Positions 9,872 through 20,237 of a stretch of 64,000 nucleotides of DNA are shown here, one piece after another (within the stretch, counting starts at the first letter, position 1; each line of letters begins with the position of its first letter). Where the stretch lies: NCBI GenBank assembly GCA_963778585.1, contig CAVZUU010000006.1, positions 660 to 64,659 on the forward strand. The letters are read 5' to 3'. The position numbers and the translations under genes were made by a program. The notes beneath the pieces were generated by a model. It saw only the letters and a list, made by a program, of their open reading frames with translations, did no database searches and had not been told where the DNA came from. This stretch comes from an uncultured Gammaproteobacteria bacterium (GTDB taxonomy: Bacteria; Pseudomonadota; Gammaproteobacteria; Steroidobacterales; Steroidobacteraceae).

Positions 9872-10886
9872 TCGCGACCGCGACCGGGCGACGGACCGGC
9901 AGGAGCCGGTTGCGAAGCGCCGTTTCGATCTTCTCGGCGATTTCCGGATGCTCGATGAGATAGGTTCGCGCGTTGTCCTTGCCCTGACCGATGCGCTCGC
10001 CTTCGTAGGCATACCAGGAACCGGACTTCTCGACGAGGCCATGGAGCGAACCCATGTCGATCAATTCACCCTCGCGCGAGATACCCTTGCCGTAGAGGAT
10101 CTCGAACTCCGCCTCGCGAAACGGCGGCGAGACCTTGTTCTTGACCACCTTGACGCGGGTCTGGTTGCCGACCACCTCTTCGCCGTTCTTCAGCGCGCCG
10201 ATGCGGCGAATGTCGAGCCGGAGCGAGGCGTAAAACTTGAGCGCGTTGCCGCCGGTCGTGGTCTCGGGATTCCCGAACATCACGCCGATCTTCATGCGGA
10301 TCTGGTTGATGAAAAGCACGATCGTGTTCGAGCGCTTGATGTTGCCGGTAAGCTTCCTGAGCGCCTGCGACATCAGCCGGGCCTGGAGGCCGACCTGCAT
10401 CTCGCCCATCTCGCCTTCGATCTCTGCCTTCGGGGTCAGCGCCGCGACCGAGTCGATCACGACGATGTCGACGGCGCCGGAGCGCACCAGCATGTCGGTG
10501 ATTTCGAGCGCTTGCTCGCCGGTGTCCGGCTGCGAGATCAGCAGTTCCTTGACCTTCACGCCGAGTTTCTCGGCGTAAACCGGGTCGAGCGCGTGCTCGG
10601 CGTCCACGAAGGCGGCGACGCCGCCCAGCTTCTGCGCCTGGGAAATGATGGAGAGCGCGAGCGTCGTCTTGCCCGAGGCTTCCGGCCCGTAGACCTCGAC
10701 CACGCGGCCACGCGGCACGCCGCCGATGCCGAGTGCGACGTCGAGACCGAGTGATCCGGTCGACACGACTTCGATGTCGTTGTTGGCCGGGTGGTCGCCG
10801 AGCAACATCACCGAGCCCTTGCCGAACTGCTTTTCAATCTGGCTGAGCGCTGCGATGAGCGCTTTCTTGCGATTGCTGTCTTCCAT
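9852..10886 (-). CDS. recA: recombinase RecA
   Basis: 344 aa. Contains [20 protein letters not shown] Walker A (here [16 protein letters not shown]) and the canonical L1/L2 regions. Confidence 0.98.
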   Translation of the reverse strand: MEDSNRKKALIAALSQIEKQFGKGSVMLLGDHPANNDIEVVSTGSLGLDVALGIGGVPRGRVVEVYGPEASGKTTLALSIISQAQKLGGVAAFVDAEHALDPVYAEKLGVKVKELLISQPDTGEQALEITDMLVRSGAVDIVVIDSVAALTPKAEIEGEMGEMQVGLQARLMSQALRKLTGNIKRSNTIVLFINQIRMKIGVMFGNPETTTGGNALKFYASLRLDIRRIGALKNGEEVVGNQTRVKVVKNKVSPPFREAEFEILYGKGISREGELIDMGSLHGLVEKSGSWYAYEGERIGQGKDNARTYLIEHPEIAEKIETALRNRLLPVRRPVAVASEAAEA

Positions 10887-11015
10887 TGCGTGTCATTCCT
10901 CTGGCTTGTTCCGATTATTCCATATTCGTCCGGCGCCGCCGCCACAAAAAATTCCGGCAAGGCACCAATTCGTCGAGGCCAGTCTGCTCCGGTCACTGGC
11001 TCAAGGCGCGACCCA

Positions 11016-11110
11016 GGGGAAATCAAAGGGGACGTTCCCCTTTGACGGAAAACCAACCCTTGGCGGCCGGTAGCACCGAGTCAAAGGGGAACGTCCCCTT
11101 TGATTTCCCC
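11016..11110. repeat. composite palindromic intergenic repeat, copy 1
   Basis: The arms GGGGAAATCAAAGGGGACGTTCCCCTTTGAC (11016-11046) and GTCAAAGGGGAACGTCCCCTTTGATTTCCCC (11080-11110) are exact reverse complements. Each arm contains a 7-bp mini-hairpin, AAAGGGG-ACGTT-CCCCTTT. The same 19-mer core recurs at 36099-36187. Confidence 0.9.
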
Positions 11111-11668
11111 TAGCGGCCACTCCGCGAGCGGCCGGTACCGGGCGCCCGAGGGATGCGTGGTGGATTCGACAAGCGCCATGCCCCAACGTGCGGGGCCAGC
11201 AGTCGCGGGCGGTCCTACGGAAATTCGCAGGCCGTCGGGCGGTGGGCGGCGCACGCGCCGAACGACGGTCAGGTGCGGGCGCCAGGGTCGCGATTCGCGC
11301 GCGATTCCCAGCGGTTCGATCCGTTGCCAGAGCCGATCGACGATCTCGATGCCTTCGACGGGGATTCGCGCCGGCATAGCCACCAGCACCTTGGGCTTTG
11401 GCCAGAACTCGAGGAGTTGGAAGTCGAGATCGACCCGGTGCCGGTCCACCAGCCCCCCGATCTCGACCAGCCGGGCGAATGTCTCCCCGGGGACCGAGCC
11501 CAGAAAAGCGAGCGTCACATGAAGATTCCCGGGCGGGACCGCCTGCCCATCGATCTGGGCCACGGCCGCGCCGGTCGCAATTGCAAGCGCATTGCGCTCC
11601 AAGGCGCTCGGCCAGAGGGCGAAAAAGAGCCGAAGTGTGTGACTTCCGCCGGTGCCGGAATCGCTCAC
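11081..11668 (-). CDS. thpR: RNA 2',3'-cyclic phosphodiesterase (2H family, ThpR/LigT)
   Basis: Two HxT motifs (HVTLAF, HLTVVR). GTG start overlapping the pncC stop. The last 9 codons and the stop lie inside the repeat arm. Confidence 0.8.
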   Translation of the reverse strand: MSDSGTGGSHTLRLFFALWPSALERNALAIATGAAVAQIDGQAVPPGNLHVTLAFLGSVPGETFARLVEIGGLVDRHRVDLDFQLLEFWPKPKVLVAMPARIPVEGIEIVDRLWQRIEPLGIARESRPWRPHLTVVRRVRRPPPDGLRISVGPPATAGPARWGMALVESTTHPSGARYRPLAEWPLGEIKGDVPL

Positions 11669-12165
11669 GACGCCGGCAAGCCTTCGAGCGCGGCGGCGAC
11701 CGATTGCCGGCGCACGGCGTCCCGGCCTCCACGGAAACGGAATTGGACGGCGCAGACCTCAATACGGCCGAGACGGCGCAGGCCCCAGGCGATCCAGACC
11801 GTGCCTACCGGCTTGCCGGCCGTCGCGCCACCGGGCCCTGCGATTCCCGTCACGCCGATCGCGACCCGCGCGCTCGAGCGGCGCAAGGCACCCGCGGCCA
11901 TCGCGAGGGCTACCGGTTCGCTGACGGCACCGTGGCGCCGGATCAAGCCCGCACCCACGCCGAGTTCCGACTGCTTGGCGGCATTGGAATAGGTCACCCA
12001 GCCGCGTTCGAAATAGTCGGAACTGCCGGCTATGTCAGTCAGGCACTTGGCAAGCAGCCCGCCGGTGCAGGATTCGGCGGTCGCGATCGAAAGTCCGGCC
12101 CCGCGCAGACGCCGCCCGACGCGTCGCGCCAGTCTCGATAGGGTGGCGTCGCGGGGCGCGGTCAT
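11665..12165 (-). CDS. pncC: nicotinamide-nucleotide amidohydrolase (CinA C-terminal domain / PncC)
   Basis: 166 aa from the ATG at 12165. [38 protein letters not shown] is the CinA_C signature. Confidence 0.85.
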   Translation of the reverse strand: MTAPRDATLSRLARRVGRRLRGAGLSIATAESCTGGLLAKCLTDIAGSSDYFERGWVTYSNAAKQSELGVGAGLIRRHGAVSEPVALAMAAGALRRSSARVAIGVTGIAGPGGATAGKPVGTVWIAWGLRRLGRIEVCAVQFRFRGGRDAVRRQSVAAALEGLPAS

Positions 12166-12169
12166 CAGG

Positions 12170-12934
12170 TCAGCTGAATTTCGAAAAGTCGGGCGTGCGC
12201 TTCTCGATGATCGCGGCGATCGCCTCGCGCGCCTCACCGCCCGCGAGCCGCGGTCCGAAATGCGAGGCCTCTCGCAGGATCGCCTCCTGAACGGCGGCAC
12301 CCAGGGCCTGACGCAGGAGTCTCTTCGAGTCACGCACGGCGCCGGGCGGCAGGGCATTGAAGGCCAGCGCGACCTTACGCGCATGCGGCAGGAGCTCGGC
12401 TGCCGGAAGCACCGCATTGGCGAGGCCCATGACGACCGCTTCCGCCGCCGGGAACGGCCGGCCGAGCAAGAGTTTCTCCGCTGCGCGCACGCGCCCGGCG
12501 ACCAGGGGCAGGAGCAGCGTCGAGGCGAACTCCGGTACGAGTCCGAGGCTCGTGAACGGCATGGAGAAACTCGCGTTGTCGGCGGCATACACCAGATCGC
12601 AGTGCAGGAGCATCGTCACGCCGATGCCGACCGCGAGTCCGTTGACGGCCACGACCACGGGCTTCTCGAAAGCGGCGAGTGCGTGCATGAAGGCGAGCAC
12701 CGGCGAATCCGGCTGGATGAAACGCGGATTCGAAAAGTCCTTGAGGTCGTTTCCGGCCGTAAATGCATTGCCGGCGCCCGTGATCAGTACGGCGCGAACG
12801 GACTTGTCGTCTCCGGCCCGTTTGAGACCGGCGACCAGGGCCTCGTACATGTCGCCCGTGATTGCGTTCTTCTTTTCCGGACGGTCGATGGTCAGCGTCG
12901 CAACGCCCTGATCCGACTGGTATCCGATGCTCAT
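12170..12934 (-). CDS. enoyl-CoA hydratase/isomerase family protein
   Basis: 254 aa from the ATG at 12934. [12 protein letters not shown]...[14 protein letters not shown]...[19 protein letters not shown] are crotonase-fold motifs. Confidence 0.88.
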   Translation of the reverse strand: MSIGYQSDQGVATLTIDRPEKKNAITGDMYEALVAGLKRAGDDKSVRAVLITGAGNAFTAGNDLKDFSNPRFIQPDSPVLAFMHALAAFEKPVVVAVNGLAVGIGVTMLLHCDLVYAADNASFSMPFTSLGLVPEFASTLLLPLVAGRVRAAEKLLLGRPFPAAEAVVMGLANAVLPAAELLPHARKVALAFNALPPGAVRDSKRLLRQALGAAVQEAILREASHFGPRLAGGEAREAIAAIIEKRTPDFSKFS

Positions 12935-12961
12935 GTGTCGTCCCTCGTCCGGGCCGTCATA

Positions 12962-15496
12962 ATGCCTCAAATGAGGAATCCCGAGAGCAGACCTGCGACC
13001 GCGCCGCTGTTCGCAGGACTCGAAGCCCATACGCCGATGATGCAGCAGTACCTGCGCATCAAGGCGGAAAACCCGGACGTCCTGCTGTTCTACCGCATGG
13101 GCGATTTCTACGAGCTTTTCTACGACGACGCGCGGCGGGGCTCGCGGCTCCTCGACATCGTGCTGACGCAACGCGGCGAGTCCGGCGGCGCCGCGATCCC
13201 GATGGCGGGCGTACCGGTCGACAAGCTCGACAGTTATCTCGCGCGTCTCGTCCGCCAGGGCGAGCCGGTCGCGATCTGCGAGCAGACGGGCGAGGTCGGC
13301 AAGACCAAGGGGCCCGTGATGCGCGAAGTCGTGCGGATCGTCACGCCCGGGACGGTCACGGACGATGCGCTTCTCGACGCGAAACGGGACAACCTGCTGG
13401 CGGCCGTGACCCTGAACGGCGAGCGATACGGTCTTGCCTGGCTCGATCTCGGCGCCGGTCGCTTCAGCGTGCTCGAAGGCGAGGGCCACGAATCGCTGGC
13501 GGCCGAACTCGAACGATTGCGGCCTGCAGAGCTGCTGCTGCCCGAGGGCGTCCCGATCCCAGCGAGCGCGCGCATCGTCGAACGCCCGCCCTGGCATTTC
13601 GTCGAGGGCTCCGCGCTGCGTGCGCTGACGATGCAGTTCGGCACGCAGGATCTGGCCGGATTCGGCTGCGAAGACCTGACGCTCGCGATCGGGGCCGCGG
13701 GCGCGCTCCTTCAATATGCGCGCGACACCCAGAAAGGCGCCCTGCCCCATCTCACTGCGCTCGCGCGCGAATCGCGGGATGACACGCTCGTCATGGACGC
13801 GGCGACGCGGCGCAACCTCGAGCTCGACTCGAGTCTCGCCGGCCGCGACGAGGCGACGCTCGCAGGCGTGATCGACCGAACTGCGACCGCCATGGGCGCG
13901 CGCGAGCTCCGCCGCTGGATCGGCCGGCCGCTTCGCGATCAGGCGCCGCTGCGCATGCGTTACCGCGCGATCGCGGACCTGATCGCGTTGAACCGCTACG
14001 AGACGCTGCACGAGATGCTACGAGGCGTCAGCGACGTCGAGCGCATGCTCGCGCGAATCGCGCTTCGCTCCGCGAGACCGCGCGACCTCGCGGCGCTGCG
14101 CGAGGGTCTTGCGCTCCTGCCGCGACTCCAGGCCGTGTTCGAAGGACTCACGGCCCCGTTACTCGCGGCGGCGGCACAGGATCTCTCCCCGCGGCCGGAA
14201 CTGCACGAGTTGCTCGCACGCGCGATCGTCGCTTCGCCGCCCGCACTCCTGCGCGAAGGCGGCGTCATCGCAGCGGGCTTCGACGCGGTGCTCGACGAAC
14301 TTCGCTCGATCGCGACCGGTGCCGACGGTCATCTGCTCGAACTCGAGGATCGGGAACGGCGGCGAACCGGCATTTCGCAGCTGAAGGTCGGCTACAACCG
14401 CGTGCAGGGTTATTACCTCGAGCTGCCGCGCAGCCAATCCGAGCGCGCGCCGGCCGACTACCTGCGGCGGCAGACCGTCAAGAACGCCGAGCGCTACATC
14501 ACGCCCGAGCTGAAGCAGTTCGAGGATCGGGTGCTCGGCGGCCGCGACCGCGCGCTCACGCGCGAACGCGAGCTGTGGGACGGCCTCCTCGACCGCCTGA
14601 CCGGCGAACTCGGGGCCTTGAAGCGCATGGCCGCGGCGCTCGCGCAGATCGACGTGCTTGCGAATCTCGCGGAGCGCGCCGTGAGCCACCGCTATGTCGA
14701 GCCGGAGCTTCGCGACGAGCCTGGCCTTCGCATCGAGGCCGGCCGGCATCCCGTCGTCGAGCGAGTGCTCGAAAATCCCTTCGTGCCGAACGACCTGGAA
14801 CTCACCGATGGTCGTCGCATGCTCGTGATCACCGGACCCAACATGGGCGGCAAGTCGACTTACATGCGGCAGGCCGCGCTCATCCTGGTGCTCGCCTCCA
14901 TCGGCAGCTTCGTGCCGGCTGCGCGCGCGGTCATCGGGCCATTCGACCGGATCTTCACGCGCATCGGCGCCTCGGACGATCTCGCGGGCGGCCGCTCGAC
15001 CTTCATGGTCGAGATGACGGAAGCCGCGGTGATCCTGAACGCGGCGACCGACCGCAGTCTCGTACTGATGGATGAGATCGGGCGCGGCACGAGCACCTAT
15101 GACGGTCTCTCGCTCGCCTTCGCCTGCGCGGGCCACATCGCCCGCGAGCTGCGCGCTTTCACGCTCTTCGCCACGCACTATTTCGAGCTGACCGAGCTTT
15201 CGGACCAACTGCCCGCGGTCGCGAACGTGCATCTCGATGCAACCGAGCACGACGAGGGCATCGTGTTTCTGCACACGGTCAAGCCGGGTCCGGCCAGCAA
15301 GAGCTATGGACTCCAGGTCGCTCGGAAGGCGGGAGTGCCGCGCGAGGTGATCGAGAACGCTCGGGCGTACCTGGAGAAGCTGGAGAATAGGCATTGTCGT
15401 GATGGCCAATCGGGACCGTTGGCCCAGGCGCCGGCGGCAGCGTCGGACCGGCGATCAGATGTCCTGGATGGTTTGCGTGCAATCGAGCCGGACTAG
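12962..15496 (+). CDS. mutS: DNA mismatch repair protein MutS
   Basis: 844 aa from the ATG at 12962. [30 protein letters not shown], Walker [14 protein letters not shown] and STFMVEM are present. The upstream part of the 1154-aa ORF is antisense artefact. Confidence 0.96.
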   Translation: MPQMRNPESRPATAPLFAGLEAHTPMMQQYLRIKAENPDVLLFYRMGDFYELFYDDARRGSRLLDIVLTQRGESGGAAIPMAGVPVDKLDSYLARLVRQGEPVAICEQTGEVGKTKGPVMREVVRIVTPGTVTDDALLDAKRDNLLAAVTLNGERYGLAWLDLGAGRFSVLEGEGHESLAAELERLRPAELLLPEGVPIPASARIVERPPWHFVEGSALRALTMQFGTQDLAGFGCEDLTLAIGAAGALLQYARDTQKGALPHLTALARESRDDTLVMDAATRRNLELDSSLAGRDEATLAGVIDRTATAMGARELRRWIGRPLRDQAPLRMRYRAIADLIALNRYETLHEMLRGVSDVERMLARIALRSARPRDLAALREGLALLPRLQAVFEGLTAPLLAAAAQDLSPRPELHELLARAIVASPPALLREGGVIAAGFDAVLDELRSIATGADGHLLELEDRERRRTGISQLKVGYNRVQGYYLELPRSQSERAPADYLRRQTVKNAERYITPELKQFEDRVLGGRDRALTRERELWDGLLDRLTGELGALKRMAAALAQIDVLANLAERAVSHRYVEPELRDEPGLRIEAGRHPVVERVLENPFVPNDLELTDGRRMLVITGPNMGGKSTYMRQAALILVLASIGSFVPAARAVIGPFDRIFTRIGASDDLAGGRSTFMVEMTEAAVILNAATDRSLVLMDEIGRGTSTYDGLSLAFACAGHIARELRAFTLFATHYFELTELSDQLPAVANVHLDATEHDEGIVFLHTVKPGPASKSYGLQVARKAGVPREVIENARAYLEKLENRHCRDGQSGPLAQAPAAASDRRSDVLDGLRAIEPD

Positions 15497-15651
15497 CTGA
15501 CCGCAAGAGGCCCTGCGAGCGCTGTACGAGCTGAACTCCCGCCTCTGAGGGCTGCCGGCCGACTGATTTCAGGTCGTGGCTCAACGAGAAGCGCTCAATT
15601 TCTGTCGAGAATTCGTCCGTCAGCGGCGAGCCTTCAAGGGCCGATTGGCAT

Positions 15652-17292
15652 TCAATGCGCGTGTGGGGTGTGCGTTGCGCCGGCCGTCACGGGGCGCAGT
15701 TCCCGCTTAGAACAGGGCGCGGCAAGATCGACCTCATTGAGCTCAATCTGTTTTCCGGGAGTCTGCCAGGACGCGAAGTAACTCGGGCTGCGTTTCATCG
15801 GCACTTGAATGCCAAGCTGCGTCGACAGGACTGCCTGAAACAACATCGCGAGGTCGGCGTCGTCGGGAAGTCTTTTGGCCAGCCGTCCGTCGGACGAGTA
15901 CACCGCAAGGAACGGCGAGAACTTCTCGTTGTGGCAGTTTTCCTCCACGGTATCCTGCGAGTGCCGCCCACTGCCATGGTCGCCGTGGATCAGGATTACG
16001 ACGGGGCGGTCCGAGCGCCCGGCGATTTCGGAGACCTGACGCGCGACCGCCGTCGTGATCCACTGGACCATAGGCGGCAGCCGTTCGCGGTACATGCGCT
16101 CGCGGAAAACGCCAAGCCACCAGTTGTCTGCCAGTTCCCAGCGCGCCTCGTAGCCAGAAAAGCTTCCATTCGCCTGGACAACGAAAGGTCCGTGCGGGGC
16201 GAGCATGTGCTCGTAGAAATAGGTCGGCTCTCGCCAAGTTTCCACCGGGGGAACATCGGCCTGGGACTGCAGCAAGGTATTGTGACGCGAATAGATCAGA
16301 CTTTGCCTGGAGTGTGCCTCGCATAAGGCCACCAGCGGAGTTTCCTTGTGAATGGCGTATTGATGGAAACTGAATTCGCACCAACTCTGCGCCGGGCCCC
16401 AGCGCTCGTCCGCTCCGCCTGGGACTGCGCGAGGATAGCTGGTTTCCGCGGCGACGAAGCGATAACCCGACGCTCGTAGCGCCCGCATCACCGGGCTGTG
16501 TTCCAAACGACGGCTCAACATCGCGCGCGTGATCCGACCTTCGAGCTGCGCGGGTGCCTGATCCAGTTTCAGCGCCATCTCGGCGATCAGGGGCTCTACG
16601 GTGTGCATCTCGAACACCGATGCGAGCGACATGAGGGTATGACCGTAGTTGCTCCGGGCGTCCGGGATTACCTTGAAGCCCAACGTCTCGAGTGAGCCGG
16701 TGAACCCCGAGTTGTCGATGCCATGCACGTCCCGCAGCACTTTCGAGGCCGGGAAGCCATCCATCACGATGTGCACGATGTGGGGCAGCCGCTCTTTCGC
16801 AACGGTGGCGACCAGCGGCTGCGGGAGCTCGCGCGGCGGCGTCGAGTTCCAGACGAAGCTGGCTGTGATCCATGCCGGTTGCAGAAGCCACGCCGCAGTG
16901 AGCACGTTGGCCAGGAACACAATCTCGCGGCCCCAGCGCATCTGCATCAGGACCGCGCCGATCGCAATGGCGACAGCGAACCAGACGACGACCTGGAAAA
17001 GGGCCGGTTCACTTACCAGAGAGCCGAACGAAAACCAGAGCATGACGGGCGGTGTAAGCAGCACCGCGGCCCGCGTCATTGATCGCAATGCGATTGCAAC
17101 GGCGGCCCACAACACAAGTGCAGTAACACCCTGTAGAAGGGCGGTCTGGATGGCCTCCGGAATCGCCATGGTCGCGTGACGCAGCCCGACCCACATGGCC
17201 GTCGGCAGCGGAGCCATCAGCATGAACAGGGGCAGGCACCGTAATCGGTTCCACACGCCTGGCTTTCTTACGTCAGAAAAGTACGAACTCAT
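15652..17292 (-). CDS. membrane-anchored alkaline-phosphatase-superfamily (sulfatase/LtaS/PEtN-transferase-like) enzyme
   Basis: About 160 aa of N-terminal TM helices. The catalytic-type motifs are HIVMDGF, SNYGHTLMSL, HMLAPHGPF and VILIHGDHGSG. The start overlaps the upstream stop (ATGA). Confidence 0.7.
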   Translation of the reverse strand: MSSYFSDVRKPGVWNRLRCLPLFMLMAPLPTAMWVGLRHATMAIPEAIQTALLQGVTALVLWAAVAIALRSMTRAAVLLTPPVMLWFSFGSLVSEPALFQVVVWFAVAIAIGAVLMQMRWGREIVFLANVLTAAWLLQPAWITASFVWNSTPPRELPQPLVATVAKERLPHIVHIVMDGFPASKVLRDVHGIDNSGFTGSLETLGFKVIPDARSNYGHTLMSLASVFEMHTVEPLIAEMALKLDQAPAQLEGRITRAMLSRRLEHSPVMRALRASGYRFVAAETSYPRAVPGGADERWGPAQSWCEFSFHQYAIHKETPLVALCEAHSRQSLIYSRHNTLLQSQADVPPVETWREPTYFYEHMLAPHGPFVVQANGSFSGYEARWELADNWWLGVFRERMYRERLPPMVQWITTAVARQVSEIAGRSDRPVVILIHGDHGSGRHSQDTVEENCHNEKFSPFLAVYSSDGRLAKRLPDDADLAMLFQAVLSTQLGIQVPMKRSPSYFASWQTPGKQIELNEVDLAAPCSKRELRPVTAGATHTPHAH

Positions 17293-18728
17293 CGCTCTGG
17301 CGCCGAATTGGTAGAATTGCGATACCAGTACAGCCGCCGGTCGGCGCCTGGAACCTGGCTGACGCGGACAATTTCCGCGTTCGCGCGCAGCGCCTCTTCG
17401 AAGGCCTCGATGCCATAACCACCAAAAATATCCTCACGCACTCTCAGCATGCGCTGGATCTGTGGATCGCTCTTCGGTATCCACTCAAGGATTCCACTTG
17501 GCGCAAGGGAGCAGATCCACCGCACGGCTTCTCCAAGCGGCACGTTCCGCCCAATGACGAGATGGTGCAGCACTGCGAGCGCGAGCACGCCCTCGCATCT
17601 GAGGCGCTCGGTCAAGGCTGGACGCTCGCGGTTCGCCCAGCCCTGGCTAGCCGCGGGATCTGCGAGGTCGGCGTAAAGTGGCAGGAAATCGCCTGCAACG
17701 CTCTCGGCCCGAATGCATGACCGGTTCAAGGCATTCAGGTCGCCATCAAGGCCGATCGCCTCAGTCACGCCCTCCTCGAGCGCGATTACCGAGAAGTCGC
17801 CCGTGTTGCAGCCGAGATCGAGCACGCTGCGCGGCTTCATCGCGCGTACATACTCGCGAACCTGATCCTGCTTGAATTCCGTCCCGGCTCGCGCGTAGTT
17901 GCATTCGCTCACGTAGTCGGCCCACGTCGAGCGCTCGGCGGGGAGCTTGAAAGACTCGATCCATCTCTTCAGCCCCTGCAGCATTGCTACCAGTGCTTTC
18001 CTGGGCAGGCGCGCCGCCCGGGCGCGCCGCGTGCTGGCCGCTTCGCTCAGCTGGCTCCTGCGCTGCAGCCACTCGGCCAGCACGACGTTCAAGAAAACGC
18101 CTGGATTCAGCTTCTGCCGCGTCGTCAGCAACTTCACGAGGTCCGACGATGCGATACCTTCCGGGCTGCCGCGGTACCAGGCGTGGTATGCCAGCCCTTT
18201 GAGGTGCGTGAGCAGCAGCGGATGCACGAACTGGTTAAGGAACTGTCGGTGCCCAATCCAGACGCCGCCATCGACATATGGTGCGAACGACAGCACGTCG
18301 ATGAACCGCGGCAGCACGCCTGCGAATTGCACATTGAATGCCGAAGCATCCTTGAGCGTGAAGCCGTGCTCGAGCGCCAAGAGATGCACTTCCAGGTGGA
18401 AAAGCGCGGCCTTGCGCAGCAGATGAAACGGCCATTCGTACGGATAGCTGATGAAGTGGAGCCGTTCGTGCTCGAGCACCAGCTCCGGCTGGCCCATGGA
18501 ATCGTACAGCGCGCGGTGCTCGGCAACTTCCAGAATCGACGTCGCCGGAACCCATTTCCGCTTTATGAGTTCGTCGAAAAGCTTCGACTCGCACAACTGG
18601 CGCACTTGCGCGACCGCGGAACCGTGAACCGAGCGCAGAATGCGCCGGTCGACGTTGAAGATCTGGCCTGCGGGGTCGCGGAAAGAACTGGGGTGACGAA
18701 CCGCGCTGAGCCGGGGCGCCGAGATCAT
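17289..18728 (-). CDS. class I SAM-dependent methyltransferase with a ~280-aa N-terminal domain of unknown function
   Basis: VLDLGCNTGDFSVIALEEG is SAM motif I, in the C-terminal third. The N-terminus begins FRDPAGQIF (NoeA-like methyltransferase family, tentative). Confidence 0.7.
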   Translation of the reverse strand: MISAPRLSAVRHPSSFRDPAGQIFNVDRRILRSVHGSAVAQVRQLCESKLFDELIKRKWVPATSILEVAEHRALYDSMGQPELVLEHERLHFISYPYEWPFHLLRKAALFHLEVHLLALEHGFTLKDASAFNVQFAGVLPRFIDVLSFAPYVDGGVWIGHRQFLNQFVHPLLLTHLKGLAYHAWYRGSPEGIASSDLVKLLTTRQKLNPGVFLNVVLAEWLQRRSQLSEAASTRRARAARLPRKALVAMLQGLKRWIESFKLPAERSTWADYVSECNYARAGTEFKQDQVREYVRAMKPRSVLDLGCNTGDFSVIALEEGVTEAIGLDGDLNALNRSCIRAESVAGDFLPLYADLADPAASQGWANRERPALTERLRCEGVLALAVLHHLVIGRNVPLGEAVRWICSLAPSGILEWIPKSDPQIQRMLRVREDIFGGYGIEAFEEALRANAEIVRVSQVPGADRRLYWYRNSTNSAPER

Positions 18729-18940
18729 TCGCGCTTACGCTTGAGCTTCGACAGGTAGTGAACGATGTGACTACGAAACCGCGCGATGGCCGCGACTCCG
18801 ATTGCGAGTGAGCCGAGCAATCCCTGCAGCAACAGCGAACCAGTGCCGGGATCGAGATAGGCCCAGGCGGGTGCCGCCGTCGTCGAGCACACGACAGCAA
18901 GGACAGACATCTTCAAGAAGTCATGAGCACGACGGTTCAT
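18725..18940 (-). CDS. small signal-peptide/single-TM protein
   Basis: 71 aa. Signal-like MNRRAHDFLKMSVLAVVCSTTAAPAWA, then YLDPGTGSLLLQGLLGSLAIGVAAIA (TM) and a basic tail KLKRKRE. ATGA-coupled to the methyltransferase. Confidence 0.5.
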   Translation of the reverse strand: MNRRAHDFLKMSVLAVVCSTTAAPAWAYLDPGTGSLLLQGLLGSLAIGVAAIARFRSHIVHYLSKLKRKRE

Positions 18941-19229
18941 GAATGCGACGGATCTCCCAGCCTATAAAGCCCAGTGCCGGTGAATCACCTTATGGCGGCA
19001 CAGCAAATCGTTGCAAGTTTAGCCGCGGCGCGGAGTGAACAGCGTCACGGCACCGCAATGGCAGGTCCACCGCCGGGAATGATCCGCTGCAACAGTGAGT
19101 TACGTCCGCTGGGGCGCCTCAGCTCCGGTGGGCGAAACTTGCTCATGCCGGGCTCAATTAGGTTGTGGCATGCGCGAGCCGGCGGTGTTCCAATAGCATC
19201 CCGGCCGGAGATTGACGCTTGAGCGACCA

Positions 19230-20237
19230 ATGACAACGATTCAGGGCGCGCCCGCTGGAACCGAGATCCCCGTTCAGTCCCCGCAGCTCAGCATCGTCGT
19301 CCCCTGCCATAACGAGAGCCAGAATCTCGCGCCGCTGCACGCACGGTGCACGGCGGCCGCTCGCTCAGTTGTCGACGAGTCGTACGAATTGATACTGGTG
19401 GACGATGGCTCGCGTGACTCGACTTGGCAGCAAATGCAGGCGCTCGCGACATCCGACAGTCACGTGGTCGCGGCTCGCCTGTCGCGGAACTTTGGCCATC
19501 AACTGGCGCTGTCGGCCGGTCTGCAGCTGAGCTCGGGAGCACGTGTCCTGATCGTAGATGCGGACCTGCAGGACCCGCCGGAATTATTGCCGCGCATGAT
19601 GGAAGTGATGGACCGCGGCAATGACATCGTATACGGCCAGCGGCAATCGCGGCAGGGTGAAACCTGGTTCAAGCGGGCGTCCGCCGCGGTTTTCTACCGC
19701 CTGTTGCGCAGGCTGACGGATGTAGAGATTCCAATAGACACCGGCGATTTCCGCCTGATTACGCGCCGGGTTGTCACGGTCCTGTCCGACATGCCTGAGC
19801 AGCACCGGTTTATCCGCGGCATGGTCAGCTGGATCGGCCTGCGCCAGGATGCCGTGCCCTATGACCGGGATCAGCGCGCCTGCGGCAACACGAAATACTC
19901 GACCAGGAGGATGCTGCGACTGGCGCTGGACGCCGTCACCGGCTTCTCGACGCGTCCACTTCGAATCGCGTCGCTCGTGGGCCTCTGCTTCGGGACACTG
20001 GGGTTCATCGGCGTCGCATACGCGGTGACGGGCTGGGCGATGGGACAGACAGTACCGGGATGGACCAGTGTGATCGTGGTCGTCTTGCTGCTCGGCGGCA
20101 TACAGCTATTCGTCATCGGGATACTCGGCGAGTACCTCGGACGCCTGTATCTCGAAGCCAAGCGGCGACCGCTCTACATCATCGAGCAGGTCTTCCGCCA
20201 GGACGCCGCGGCGCGCGAATCGCTGCATCCCGAATGA
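19230..20237 (+). CDS. family 2 glycosyltransferase, polyprenyl-phosphate sugar synthase type (GtrB/ArnC/DPM1-like)
   Basis: LSIVVPCHNESQNL, ILVDDGSRDST and DADLQDPPE motifs, plus two C-terminal TM helices ending GEYLGRLYLE. ATG at 19230. Confidence 0.82.
   Translation: MTTIQGAPAGTEIPVQSPQLSIVVPCHNESQNLAPLHARCTAAARSVVDESYELILVDDGSRDSTWQQMQALATSDSHVVAARLSRNFGHQLALSAGLQLSSGARVLIVDADLQDPPELLPRMMEVMDRGNDIVYGQRQSRQGETWFKRASAAVFYRLLRRLTDVEIPIDTGDFRLITRRVVTVLSDMPEQHRFIRGMVSWIGLRQDAVPYDRDQRACGNTKYSTRRMLRLALDAVTGFSTRPLRIASLVGLCFGTLGFIGVAYAVTGWAMGQTVPGWTSVIVVVLLLGGIQLFVIGILGEYLGRLYLEAKRRPLYIIEQVFRQDAAARESLHPE

Noticed and set aside
10887-11015. Search for a LexA/SOS box upstream of recA
   Set aside because: By eye I found neither a CTGT-N8-ACAG box nor a Xanthomonas-type TTAGTA...TACTAA box. 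GGAAT-N4-GGAAC is too weak to call. A matrix scan would be needed.
12032-12961. 310-codon N-terminal extension of the mutS ORF (the 1154-aa ORF call)
   Set aside because: It runs antisense to well-supported pncC and enoyl-CoA hydratase genes and is Arg/Gly-rich with no motifs. MutS homology begins at the ATG at 12962.
15497-15651. Intergenic region after mutS, inspected for a terminator or att-like junction of the accessory cluster
   Set aside because: I could verify no convincing hairpin with a U-tract, direct repeat or tRNA fragment by eye.
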